A program made the position numbers and the translations under genes. Shown in pieces: positions 25,636 to 34,029 of a DNA stretch of 64,000 nt; position 1 is the stretch's first letter; each line of letters starts with the position of its first letter. Under the pieces are notes generated by a model. The model was given only the letters and a program-made list of their open reading frames with translations, had not been told where the DNA came from and did no database searches. The DNA is taken from the NCBI GenBank assembly GCA_052147455.1, contig JBKQKO010000001.1:9379-73378 (forward strand), read 5' to 3'. Source of the stretch: Desulfobaccales bacterium. Its GTDB lineage: Bacteria; Desulfobacterota; Desulfobaccia; Desulfobaccales; 0-14-0-80-60-11.

Positions 25636-26886
25636 TTAACTTGGAACCTTAAACTTATTTTTTTCCGGCGGCGGCTGACCCAGGTCGAAGGCGTCATGGA
25701 GGACCCGCACCGCCAGTTCGCCGTACTTGTCCGCGATGACGCAAGAGATCTTGATCTCCGAAGTGCTGATCATCAAGATGTTGATGTTTTCCCCGGACAG
25801 GGCATCAAACATCCGGGCTGCCACCCCGGCGTTATTCTTCATGCCCACGCCCACGATGGAGATCTTGGCGATATTTTTATCGCCTACCACTTGCTGGGCG
25901 CCGACCTCGGCGGCCACCGGCCGGATCAGCTCCATGGTCTTCTTCAAGTCACCCTCGGGCACGGTGAAGGTTAGATCCGTGTAGCCCTCGATGCTGGTGT
26001 TCTGGATGATCATATCCACCACGATGTTGGCGTCGGCTACCGGCCGGAAGAGGCGCACCGCAATGCCGGGGCGGTCGGGGACCCGGGTGATGGTGACCCG
26101 GGCGTCGTTTCTACTCAAAGCTACGCCGGATACCGGCACAATTTCCATTTCTTCATCCTCCTCGGTCACCAGGGTGCCCGGCGTCTCGGTAAAGCTGCTG
26201 CGCACCACCAGGGGTACGCCGTACCGCCTGGCAAAACCCACGGAGCGGATCTCCAGTACCTTGGCGCCCAGGGAAGACATCTCCAACATCTCGTCATAAG
26301 TGATCCGCTCCAGCTTCCGGGCCTTGGGGCAGATGCGGGGATCGGCGGTGTAAACTCCATCCACATCAGTGTAAATTTCGCAGCAGTCGGCCTTCAAGGC
26401 CGCGGCCATGGCCACCGCAGTGGTGTCGGAGCCTCCCCTTCCCAAGGTGGTGATGTCGCCCACTTCATCCACTCCCTGGAAGCCGGCCACGGTGACTACC
26501 CGGTCCTTCTTCAATTCTTCTTTGATGCGGGCCGTGTCGATCCCCAGGATGCGAGCCCGGCCATAGGCCCGGTCGGTGTAGATGCGGGCCTGGTGACTCA
26601 ACAGCGAGGTGGCCGGCACTCCCTGGGAGTGCAGGAAGATGCTGAATAGGGAGACGGTAACCTGCTCGCCGGTGGCCAACAGGACGTCCAGTTCCCGGGG
26701 ATCGGGGTCATCCGCCAGCTCTTTGCCCAATCCGATGAGGCGGTCGGTTTCGCCAGCCATGGCGCTCAGGACCACCACCATTTTATGGCCGTCCCGCCAG
26801 GACTTGATCACCCGGTTGGCCACGTTGGCGATGCGATCCGAGTTGGCCACCGAAGAGCCGCCATATTTTTGTACGATCAGAGCCAG
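25636..26886 (-). CDS. lysC: Aspartate kinase
   Basis: ALIVQKYGGSSV forms the N-terminus and two ACT domains form the C-terminus. The probable start is the codon at 26886 (CTG), preceded by AGGAGG. See the start-codon finding. Confidence 0.88.
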   Translation of the reverse strand: MALIVQKYGGSSVANSDRIANVANRVIKSWRDGHKMVVVLSAMAGETDRLIGLGKELADDPDPRELDVLLATGEQVTVSLFSIFLHSQGVPATSLLSHQARIYTDRAYGRARILGIDTARIKEELKKDRVVTVAGFQGVDEVGDITTLGRGGSDTTAVAMAAALKADCCEIYTDVDGVYTADPRICPKARKLERITYDEMLEMSSLGAKVLEIRSVGFARRYGVPLVVRSSFTETPGTLVTEEDEEMEIVPVSGVALSRNDARVTITRVPDRPGIAVRLFRPVADANIVVDMIIQNTSIEGYTDLTFTVPEGDLKKTMELIRPVAAEVGAQQVVGDKNIAKISIVGVGMKNNAGVAARMFDALSGENINILMISTSEIKISCVIADKYGELAVRVLHDAFDLGQPPPEKNKFKVPS

Positions 26887-27024
26887 TGCCGAACCTCCTG
26901 AATTATTAAGATATTTATTATAGCCAAATTTGGAAAAAAGGAAAGCGCCAGTCTGGCGGACCAGCCCCAATGTTTCTTTGATCTCATATCTGGGGGCAGA
27001 TCAAGACACCGGTGAATTTTTCCA

Positions 27025-27054
27025 TTGACGCTGGGGAAAAATTGATGGTATTAA
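27025..27054 (+). promoter_or_regulatory. Promoter candidate for folD
   Basis: TTGACG (27025-27030), an 18-nt spacer and TATTAA (27049-27054). Confidence 0.4.
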
Positions 27055-27085
27055 TGAAATAAATCACAAGAAGGAGACCAGATAA

Positions 27086-27988
27086 ATGGCTGCTAAATTG
27101 ATCAAAGGGGCGGAGGTGGCCGCCCAGATCCGCGAGGAATTAAAGAAGGAAGTGGATGAACTGAAGGCCAAACACCACGTCACCCCCGGCTTGGTCACCA
27201 TCCTGGTGGGGGAAAATCCCGCCTCCGTCAGCTATGTCACCGCCAAGCAGAAGACCTCCCATGAATTGGGCTTCCATTCCATTCAGGACACTCAGTCCGC
27301 CGACATCACCGAGGCGGCCCTCCTGGCCCTGATCGACAAATACAACCAAGACCCCAAGATCCACGGCATCCTGATCCAGTTGCCCCTGCCCAAGCACATC
27401 GATTCCAATAAGGTGCTCTACGCCATCGATCCCAACAAGGACGTGGACGCCTTCCATCCGGTGAACGTAGGCCGGATTCTTATCGGCAACTATGCCTTTC
27501 TGCCCTGCACTCCGGCTGGCTGCCAGGAGCTCATCAACCGCGCCTACGGCGACCCCAAGGGCAAGGAAGTGGTGGTGCTGGGCCGCTCCAATATCGTGGG
27601 CAAACCCATGGTGGCCATCATGATCCAGAAGCGCGCCGGGGCCAACGCCACCGTGACCTGCGTCCACACCGGGACCCCCAAGGATAAGATCATTGAGCAC
27701 TGCCGCCGGGCCGATATCCTCATCGTGGCCGCCGGGGTGCCCAGGTATGTCCAGGGAGACTGGGTGAAAGAAGGGGCCTGCGTCATCGACGTGGGCGTCA
27801 ACCGCATCGGCGTCAGCGAAAAGACCGGCAAGGCCATCCTGGCCGGCGACGTGGACTTCGATTCGGTCTCCCAGAAGGCCGCCTACATCACCCCGGTGCC
27901 GGGCGGCGTCGGCCCCATGACCATCACCATGCTTATGAAGAATACCGTCATGGCCGCTAAAATGGCCGCGGGCCTGGTGAAGATTTAA
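27086..27988 (+). CDS. folD: Bifunctional methylene-THF dehydrogenase/methenyl-THF cyclohydrolase
   Basis: The protein is 300 aa, with TPGLVTILVGENPASVSYV, GRSNIVGKPM and PGGVGPMT. Confidence 0.93.
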   Translation: MAAKLIKGAEVAAQIREELKKEVDELKAKHHVTPGLVTILVGENPASVSYVTAKQKTSHELGFHSIQDTQSADITEAALLALIDKYNQDPKIHGILIQLPLPKHIDSNKVLYAIDPNKDVDAFHPVNVGRILIGNYAFLPCTPAGCQELINRAYGDPKGKEVVVLGRSNIVGKPMVAIMIQKRAGANATVTCVHTGTPKDKIIEHCRRADILIVAAGVPRYVQGDWVKEGACVIDVGVNRIGVSEKTGKAILAGDVDFDSVSQKAAYITPVPGGVGPMTITMLMKNTVMAAKMAAGLVKI

Positions 27989-28009
27989 GGGATTATCGAA
28001 ATTGATTTT

Positions 28010-28051
28010 GGGGGAGGGGGCAAAGGGCCGATGGCCCTTTCCCCCTCCCCC
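28010..28051. terminator. Long GC hairpin between convergent folD and hisI (possible bidirectional terminator or REP)
   Basis: GGGGGAGGGGGCAAAGGGCC-GAT-GGCCCTTTCCCCCTCCCCC forms a ~19-bp stem with one bulge. There is no clear U-tract. Confidence 0.45.
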
Positions 28052-28065
28052 CACAATCATCTCTC

Positions 28066-28485
28066 CTAATGCGAAAAGGCTAACTCCGGGTAGACCTCCT
28101 CCGGGTTAAAGACCTTGGGGTCGGCGATTTCCCAGCCTTGCTGGCCCAGGCGGCGGTAGAAGCAGGACTGGTAGCCCAGCTCGCAGGCGCCGCCGGCGGG
28201 ACGCACCCGGATGAGCAGTTGGTCGCTCTGACAGTTGAGGCGAATCTCCAACACCTCCTGGAAGTGCCCCGAAGCCTCCCCCTTGGCCACCACCTTGCGC
28301 CTTTGGGGATGGTAATAATGGAGACGGCCGGTGGCGGCCACCAGTTCCAGGGCCTCCCGGTTCAATTCCACCAGCATCAGCACCGCGCCCGAATCGGCCT
28401 CCTGGATGACTGCGGGCAGGGCGCGGCCGTGGGGCAAGGGGAGTAACGCAGGCAAGTGCCGCCATTTCTGGAAATTTTGGTTCAA
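28066..28485 (-). CDS. hisI: Phosphoribosyl-AMP cyclohydrolase
   Basis: The HisI core is AVIQEADSGAVLMLVELNREALELVAATGRLHYYHPQRRKVVAKGEASGH...LNCQSDQLLIRV..GGACELGYQSCF. An N-terminal extension of ~25 aa is present. Confidence 0.75.
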   Translation of the reverse strand: MNQNFQKWRHLPALLPLPHGRALPAVIQEADSGAVLMLVELNREALELVAATGRLHYYHPQRRKVVAKGEASGHFQEVLEIRLNCQSDQLLIRVRPAGGACELGYQSCFYRRLGQQGWEIADPKVFNPEEVYPELAFSH

Positions 28486-28592
28486 GGGGTCCTCCTAACC
28501 GTCCTTGTCCTTGCGGTCCAATTTTTTCTAACATAACTGCTCTCGTATCGGTCCTTTTTTTGCCGATGGTCCCTTTTGGTCTAGAAAAAGCC

Positions 28593-28622
28593 TTGACATA
28601 TTTGGTAGATGGATGGTATTTA
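28593..28622 (+). promoter_or_regulatory. Promoter candidate for the 140-aa ORF
   Basis: TTGACA (28593-28598), an 18-nt spacer and TATTTA (28617-28622). Confidence 0.45.
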
Positions 28623-28679
28623 TGAGCCAGGGAAAGTGAAAAAGAGCACAAATAAGCCGAATAGGGGAGGAGCCCGCCA

Positions 28680-29102
28680 ATGGCAAGACTCGGTTACATT
28701 GAATTTTACTACAGCAAGAAGCATAAACCCGTCGATAAATATAAATGCGATAACACCAATGTGCTCAACCTGCTGAAGAGCATTCAGTCCAAGGGGGTGG
28801 AAACGGCGGCTGTTGACCTGGGCGACACTCCCGATCCCTTCCGGCAATACCATAAAGCATCCAGTGGCCCCGCCTCCGAGTATCGCCCCATCTTTGGTGA
28901 GGTGCGGGGGTCCGATTATAAGGAATACTTCGGCAAAACCATCCCGGCCCTCTGCTGCTATGCCAAGAAAGGCGACCGGGCCCCCCTGGAGGTATTTCCC
29001 CGCATGGATCATAAGCTGGCGCGGGTCTATCTCATTGAGGAATTCCTGGAGAATTATATCGGCGAGCTGGAAGGCCGGCCAGAAACCGACGAAGCCCACT
29101 AG
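28680..29102 (+). CDS. Hypothetical protein (140 aa)
   Basis: It has its own promoter candidate, an SD (GGGGAGGAG) and a strong terminator. I recognise no family. I preferred it over the antisense ORF 28620-29114. Confidence 0.55.
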   Translation: MARLGYIEFYYSKKHKPVDKYKCDNTNVLNLLKSIQSKGVETAAVDLGDTPDPFRQYHKASSGPASEYRPIFGEVRGSDYKEYFGKTIPALCCYAKKGDRAPLEVFPRMDHKLARVYLIEEFLENYIGELEGRPETDEAH

Positions 29103-29122
29103 TCCGCTAAACATTGCCTTCA

Positions 29123-29154
29123 GGCTCCACCCGGGGACGGGTGGGGCCTTTTTT
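29123..29154 (+). terminator. Rho-independent terminator
   Basis: GGCTCCACCCG-GGGA-CGGGTGGGGCC is followed by TTTTTT. Confidence 0.8.
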
Positions 29155-29186
29155 GTCGTTTTTGTCAGCGGGGCAGCCGCGATTAC

Positions 29187-29744
29187 TCAGCGCCCCCCGG
29201 AATCTGCAGGGCTCTCCAGTAATTCCCTCAGGGTCTTTTCGTAAACTGCATAGGCGGGGCGGCCAAACAGGACGAAGCGGACCACCTTGATCTCCGCATG
29301 TTGGTCCAGATAAGCCAGCGCCACTTGCAAGGCGATACGGGCGGCCGCGGCCAGGGGATAGCCGTAGGCGCCGGTAGAAATGGAAGGGAAGGCCACGGAG
29401 GTGATGCCTTGGCCGGAGGCCAACTTCAAGCTCTCCCGGTAGCAGGAAGCCAGTAATTCGGCCTGCTGCGCCCCTCCGTCCTTATAGACCGGACCCACCG
29501 TATGGATGACGTAGCGGGCCTTGAGGTTGCCGCCGCGGGTGAGGCGGGCCTCACCCGTGGGGCAGCCCCCCAAGCGGCGGCACTCTTCCAGGATACCGGG
29601 ACCGCCGGCCCGATGAATGGCGCCGTCCACCCCACCGCCGCCCAACAGCGAGGGATTGGCGGCGTTGACGATGGCCTCGGTATCTTGCCGGGTGATATCT
29701 CCCTCCAGCAATTCCAGGCGCGACTCGCCGATCTTCACTTCCAT
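29187..29744 (-). CDS. Macro-domain protein (ADP-ribose/O-acetyl-ADP-ribose hydrolase type)
   Basis: GDITRQDTEAIVNAANPSLLGGGGVDGAIHRAGGP is present, with SVAFPSISTGAYGYP. The start abuts the upstream stop (TAAATG). Confidence 0.88.
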   Translation of the reverse strand: MEVKIGESRLELLEGDITRQDTEAIVNAANPSLLGGGGVDGAIHRAGGPGILEECRRLGGCPTGEARLTRGGNLKARYVIHTVGPVYKDGGAQQAELLASCYRESLKLASGQGITSVAFPSISTGAYGYPLAAAARIALQVALAYLDQHAEIKVVRFVLFGRPAYAVYEKTLRELLESPADSGGR

Positions 29745-30320
29745 TTATTTGCTAATCAAGCGGTAATGGTCCGCCTGTTTGGTCCAGCTGCTGGTGGGAA
29801 ATTTAGCGGTCAGCTCGTCGTAGGCTGCCCGCAAAATTTTGGGGTCTGGGCTCATCTTGTATTTGGCCACTCCCAGGAAAAACAGGGCCTCCGCGGCCGT
29901 CTCCATATCGGGGTGACCGGAGATGACCTCCTCGAAGAGGGCGCGGGCCTCGGCAAACTGGCCAGTATCCAGGGCCCACCTGCCTTTGGCCGTCATCAAG
30001 GTGGGAATCAGGTCTTCCGGGGCGAAAAACCCCACGCCGCGGTAGTGCTCCCGCCCCTCCGCGTCCAGCACCAGCACGGTGGGAGTCCAACTCACCGAGA
30101 ACCTCTGCATCATGGCGGTGTTGGAGGTTTCAATCTTTACCGGGACAAAGTTCAAGGAAATAAACTTGGCCACCTTCTCGTTGGGGTACGTAACCGCACC
30201 CATCTGTTGGCAGCCCAGTCACTTGGGTTTAAAAAAATCCAGGAAAATAGGCTTATTGATCTGGCGCGCGGTTTCCTGGCCCTTGGCCAAATCGTCCAGC
30301 CAGCAGATCTCCAACGCCAT
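29745..30320 (-). CDS. Thioredoxin-fold protein, candidate selenoprotein (in-frame TGA at 30219-30221 read as Sec; U-L-G-C motif)
   Basis: AAGGAG lies 6 nt upstream of ATG 30320. There are 33 sense codons (MALEICWLDDLAKGQETARQINKPIFLDFFKPK), then TGA, then LGCQQM. The frame continues into the track ORF 29745-30203. The pattern W..D...A...A....KPIFLDF....U(C)xxC is a thioredoxin-like active-site context. Confidence 0.6.
30184..30221 (-). promoter_or_regulatory. UGA codon plus candidate bacterial SECIS hairpin
   Basis: The hairpin lies 17 nt after the UGA. It is GGGUGC-GGUUAC-GUACCC, a 6-bp stem with an apical loop containing GGU, at 30184-30201 on the minus strand. Confidence 0.45.
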
Positions 30321-30617
30321 CTGTATCTCCTTTTACCAAAGACGCCCCGCCCCTTGGGGGCGTCCGGGCCTCCTCCCGGGGGCGCACCGGGATTCCAGCG
30401 CCATGGCTAAAAATGATTTGGGCCCAATTCGGCCCACAGGTGATACTGTTTGAGGGAAACATAATCATCACCGGGCAAAAAGCAAGGAGCCGTTAGCCCA
30501 CGGGTAATAAGCCGCTCCGAAAAACCGGGCGCCCCTGCGCCAATAAAATGGCAGCCGGTTGCGGCGGCCTTGCCTCATCCTTATCTTAAATATGCAAAAT
30601 CGAGGGGAGGTTCCATT

Positions 30618-31484
30618 ATGAGCGGCAAATATCAGGTGGCGGAGCTGGAAGGGCGCGAGCTCGATTCCTATGACATGATTACGGCCCTGGGTCTCTTGAA
30701 GGAATACGACTGGAAGGAAATCTGGCGGCGCTATGGGTCCGAAGGGGCGCCGGCCGGGAGGATCAACATGTTTCTGAGCACCCCAAGCTATTACGTGGAG
30801 ATGACCTTGGAGATGCTCGCTTCCCTGGCCTTGTCTCCCAAGTACCAGGCCTCCCCCAACTTGATGCAAGCCTTGATTCGCCGCCTTCTTTGCAGCCACC
30901 GCCACGGCCTCATCATGGAGAAGCTGAAGAGCTACGGAGTGCCCGTTGAAGACGAGAACCAGTTTAACCTTTCCTGCTCAGTGGGCACCATCGGGGTAGA
31001 TATGGTGGTGAACTTCCACGCCAACGCCCCCGAGTACCGCTTCCGCAACTTCGGCACCAGCCGGGTAGAGCAAGAGGAGCAACGCCCCCTGGACCACTAC
31101 GATCTGGTTTCCATCCTCTACCTGGCCCAGCAGAACCGCACCCGGCAGGTGCTGCAGCATTATGTGCCCCAGGAGATTTTAAACGAAGGGAGCGAAGCAG
31201 AGCAGGTGGTGCGCTTCCAAAGCCTGGCGGGGGACTATCAAGTGGATTTCTTCTTCCAGAGAATCCAAAATGATGTGCCTCGGGGGGTGCCATCCCGGGG
31301 CAATGTCTCTTCGGCCACCATGCACAACGTCTTGCGACGCTTGTTTGCCGGCCACGCCCCGGAGTTGACCGTCAAGGAATTGGCGGACACGGGCATCCGG
31401 ATCAGCAAAGAGGAGGTTTCCCGGGGCTTTGACCTGGCCCGCATCATCAATGATAATTTTATTGAAATGCAGTTTACGCGTTAA
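30618..31484 (+). CDS. Hypothetical protein (288 aa)
   Basis: ATG 30618 lies downstream of GAGGGGAGG. Codon usage is host-like. I recognise no family. Confidence 0.6.
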   Translation: MSGKYQVAELEGRELDSYDMITALGLLKEYDWKEIWRRYGSEGAPAGRINMFLSTPSYYVEMTLEMLASLALSPKYQASPNLMQALIRRLLCSHRHGLIMEKLKSYGVPVEDENQFNLSCSVGTIGVDMVVNFHANAPEYRFRNFGTSRVEQEEQRPLDHYDLVSILYLAQQNRTRQVLQHYVPQEILNEGSEAEQVVRFQSLAGDYQVDFFFQRIQNDVPRGVPSRGNVSSATMHNVLRRLFAGHAPELTVKELADTGIRISKEEVSRGFDLARIINDNFIEMQFTR

Positions 31485-31556
31485 GCAGCCGGGTGAATTG
31501 GGGTCGGAGCAGAGTCAACTGGGCCGTAATGTAGTTTTTCGCTGGAAAAATGGCTC

Positions 31557-31583
31557 AGGGCGGGGATTACCCCGCCCTTTCCT
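31557..31583. terminator. Hairpin between convergent genes (weak terminator candidate)
   Basis: AGGGCGGGG-ATTA-CCCCGCCCT is followed by TTCCT. Confidence 0.4.
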
Positions 31584-31597
31584 CAGATGTGGGGAAG

Positions 31598-32077
31598 TTA
31601 AGCCACAATGGTCACGGCGCAGCCGCTGGCATTATCCACCACCTTCCGGGTGATGCTGCCCAGGAGGAGGGATCTGGCCAGCCCCAGCCCGCGGCGACCC
31701 AGGACCACGGCGTCATAAGCGCCCACCTGGGCCTCTTCCAGGATATCCTCGGCCACGTCGAAGTACTTGGGTTTGAACTGGTGGTGCACCTTTTTGGGGT
31801 CCAGACCCGCGGCGCTGAGATGCAGGTGGGCCTTGTGGACCAGGTCCCGCCACTTCTCCTCCTGGTCCTGCTGCCAGGCGGCCACCAGCCGCTGCCGGCT
31901 ATCCCGTTCCTTCTCCTCCAGGATGTGGCCATCATCCCAGAAGGCCGGAGGCAGGCCCGACAGGACGTGAAACAAGGTGACCTGCACCCCCGGGGTATTC
32001 CCGAAGGTCTTGGCCACATATTCCACGGCGCTCCAGGCCCCTTTGGAACTATCCAGCGCGATCAGCAACTTGGCCAT
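31598..32077 (-). CDS. Universal stress protein (UspA family)
   Basis: The protein is 159 aa, with a C-terminal ATP-binding motif VVLGRRGLGLARSLLLGSITRKV. Confidence 0.85.
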   Translation of the reverse strand: MAKLLIALDSSKGAWSAVEYVAKTFGNTPGVQVTLFHVLSGLPPAFWDDGHILEEKERDSRQRLVAAWQQDQEEKWRDLVHKAHLHLSAAGLDPKKVHHQFKPKYFDVAEDILEEAQVGAYDAVVLGRRGLGLARSLLLGSITRKVVDNASGCAVTIVA

Positions 32078-32421
32078 CTCTGCCTCCTTATTCGGCGGAA
32101 ATACGTGGGCGTTATTTAATCATCCCCAGCCCCGGAGTCAACGACTCCGGGGGCGAGTCCGACAAACTCCTTGCAATGCCGCCCGGTTAACCATAGAATC
32201 TTTTTGGAGCCAGGGTCTGCGTGGTTATTATTGGCCCCCCAAACCGGGAGCTCTTCTTTGCTGTGACGGACCCTGAAGCCGGTGGAAGATAGCTATCTGC
32301 GCCCGGCGCACCATTTAAGCCACCGGCGGGATGGCCTGTGCCAGCAATAGTGAGATGCAGTAAGACTGATTTTTGCTGGCCCGGCGATGTTTGCCGAAAA
32401 CCGCAAACCTAAGGAATTTAA

Positions 32422-33399
32422 GTGTCCTCCAAGATCCTGGACCTGGCCCGGGAAGTTCTGACCATCGAAGCCGAGGGCCTTACCACCCTGATCCAAAAGC
32501 TGGACGATAGCTTCGTCAAGGCGGTGGATTTGATATACCGGGCCAAGGGCAGGGTCATTGTCACCGGGGTGGGCAAGTCCGGGATCGTGGCCCGGAAGAT
32601 CGTGGCCACCTTCAACTCCACCGGGACCCCGGCTCTCTTCCTGCACCCGGTGGAGGCCATGCACGGCGATCTGGGCATGGTGTCCGCCGCGGACGTGGTT
32701 CTGGCCCTGTCCAACAGCGGCGAAACCCGGGAGCTCACCATCCTCATTCCCAGCCTGGAGCGCCTGGGCGCGCCGCTCATCGCCATGACCGGGCGGCCTA
32801 ACTCCACCCTGGGCCGGCTCAGCCAGGTGGCCATCGACACCGGGGTGCCCCGGGAGGCCTGCCCCCTGGGACTGGCCCCCACCGCCAGCACCACCGCCAT
32901 GCTGGCCATGGGCGACGCCCTGGCAGTGGCCCTCCTCACCAGTCGAGGGTTTCAGGCCGCCGACTTCCGCCGCTTCCATCCCGCGGGCCGCCTGGGAGAG
33001 CACCTCTCCCTGGCCATCTCCGAGGTGATGCTCGCCGGGGCGCCGGTGCCCCGGACGTTGCTATCCCACACCCTGAGCCGGGCCATCGGAGAGATGGACG
33101 CCAAAGGATTGGGAGTTACTCTGGTGGTGGACCGCCGCGGCGCCTTACAGGGGATCATTACCGACGGCGATCTGCGCCGGGCCTTGAAAAAGTGGGGTAA
33201 TCTCCAGGGCCGGGGGGTGAAAGAGGTAATGACCTCGCAGCCCCGGACCATCGGTCCCGAGTCCCTGGCCTCCCAGGCCCTGGAACTGATGGAGGACCAC
33301 GCCATCACGGCGCTGCCGGTAGTGGACCAGGATCGCCGGGTCCTGGGTATCGTCCACCTCCACGACCTCTTGGGGCGGGGAGAGTTTAAGTTCCGCTAA
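32422..33399 (+). CDS. kdsD: Arabinose-5-phosphate isomerase (KpsF/KdsD; SIS + 2 CBS)
   Basis: The SIS motif is GRVIVTGVGKSGIVARK. SNSGET is present and a C-terminal CBS pair follows. The start codon is GTG. Confidence 0.85.
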   Translation: MSSKILDLAREVLTIEAEGLTTLIQKLDDSFVKAVDLIYRAKGRVIVTGVGKSGIVARKIVATFNSTGTPALFLHPVEAMHGDLGMVSAADVVLALSNSGETRELTILIPSLERLGAPLIAMTGRPNSTLGRLSQVAIDTGVPREACPLGLAPTASTTAMLAMGDALAVALLTSRGFQAADFRRFHPAGRLGEHLSLAISEVMLAGAPVPRTLLSHTLSRAIGEMDAKGLGVTLVVDRRGALQGIITDGDLRRALKKWGNLQGRGVKEVMTSQPRTIGPESLASQALELMEDHAITALPVVDQDRRVLGIVHLHDLLGRGEFKFR

Positions 33400-33748
33400 G
33401 CTCCTGGCGCCGGTTCCCTGGCTCCCCGGACCACCCTGACCAGAAAGCGCCAATTTGCCGAGGTGAGGCTGGCTAAGTGAATTATTTAATTTAAATTAAA
33501 TTGCATGTAAGATTATGAAATAATTGGTTAATATTGTTCATATTAACATATTATAACAATCAGTTTTCCCAGCCTGAAAAATTATCCACCCAAGGCCTAA
33601 AAATAGGCTAAATCAAGGAAATTCCCTCCATTTTCCAGAAAAATCAGCCGAAACCCGAGCAGTAATCTCTGAAAATCATGGAAATAAAATATTGCGCAGC
33701 TAATTAGTAAGTTATTACCATATGTTATATAATAATTCGATTTTTTTC

Positions 33749-33777
33749 TTGACAGCCTCTGAAATATTGTGATAAAT
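33749..33777 (+). promoter_or_regulatory. Sigma70-type promoter candidate
   Basis: TTGACA (33749-33754), a 17-nt spacer and ATAAAT (33772-33777), at the edge of an AT-rich block. Confidence 0.45.
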
Positions 33778-33784
33778 GGAACAA

Positions 33785-34020
33785 ACAAATCACAGCGGTC
33801 CTTTTGGTTGTTCGCCAAGTGAACTTCACCGGTGGATTGATGGGGATGGGAACCTGAGACCGGGTGCCGTTAATGCTCGGGTTGATCCCGAAGCGGCCCA
33901 AGGCCGAAGGCGACAAAATCACTTGCAAAGAAATCCGGGGGCCTCGGCCCCAAACTTAACCCTGTCGCGTATCTAAATTATTCCCCAGCCATCAGAAGCA
34001 ATCCTGAACTGTCTCTAAAG
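33785..34020 (+). promoter_or_regulatory. Long GC-rich structured 5' leader candidate upstream of the 3D-domain gene
   Basis: About 240 nt lie between the promoter candidate and the SD (AAGGGAGGGA). Several local hairpins are visible (CACCGG...CCGGGTG, GCCG-TTAATGC-TCGGG-TTGAT-CCCGA-AG-CGGC, GGCC-CAA-GGCC). The class has not been identified. Confidence 0.3.
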
Positions 34021-34029
34021 GGAGGGAAC

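Noticed and set aside
20968-28060. Antisense ORFs 20968-21936, 23823-24947 and 27140-28060 opposite trxB, cimA and folD
   Set aside because: The reasoning is the same: the opposite strand encodes unmistakable enzymes, and these translations are compositionally biased.
28620-29114. A 164-aa minus-strand ORF opposite the 140-aa hypothetical gene
   Set aside because: The plus-strand ORF has a promoter candidate, a strong SD and a terminator in the right orientation. The minus-strand ORF has none of these.
33583-33862. A DnaA-box-like TTATCCACC (33583-33591) suggesting oriC, and a CTGAGA (33855-33860) suggesting a TPP riboswitch
   Set aside because: I found only one DnaA-like box and no dnaA or dnaN context. 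The other TPP riboswitch consensus parts (ACCUGAUCUGGAUAAUGCCAGCG) are absent.
33776-33976. A 66-aa ORF in the leader region
   Set aside because: Its ATG overlaps the -10 hexamer of the only promoter candidate. It has no SD and an Arg/Gly/Pro-biased composition.
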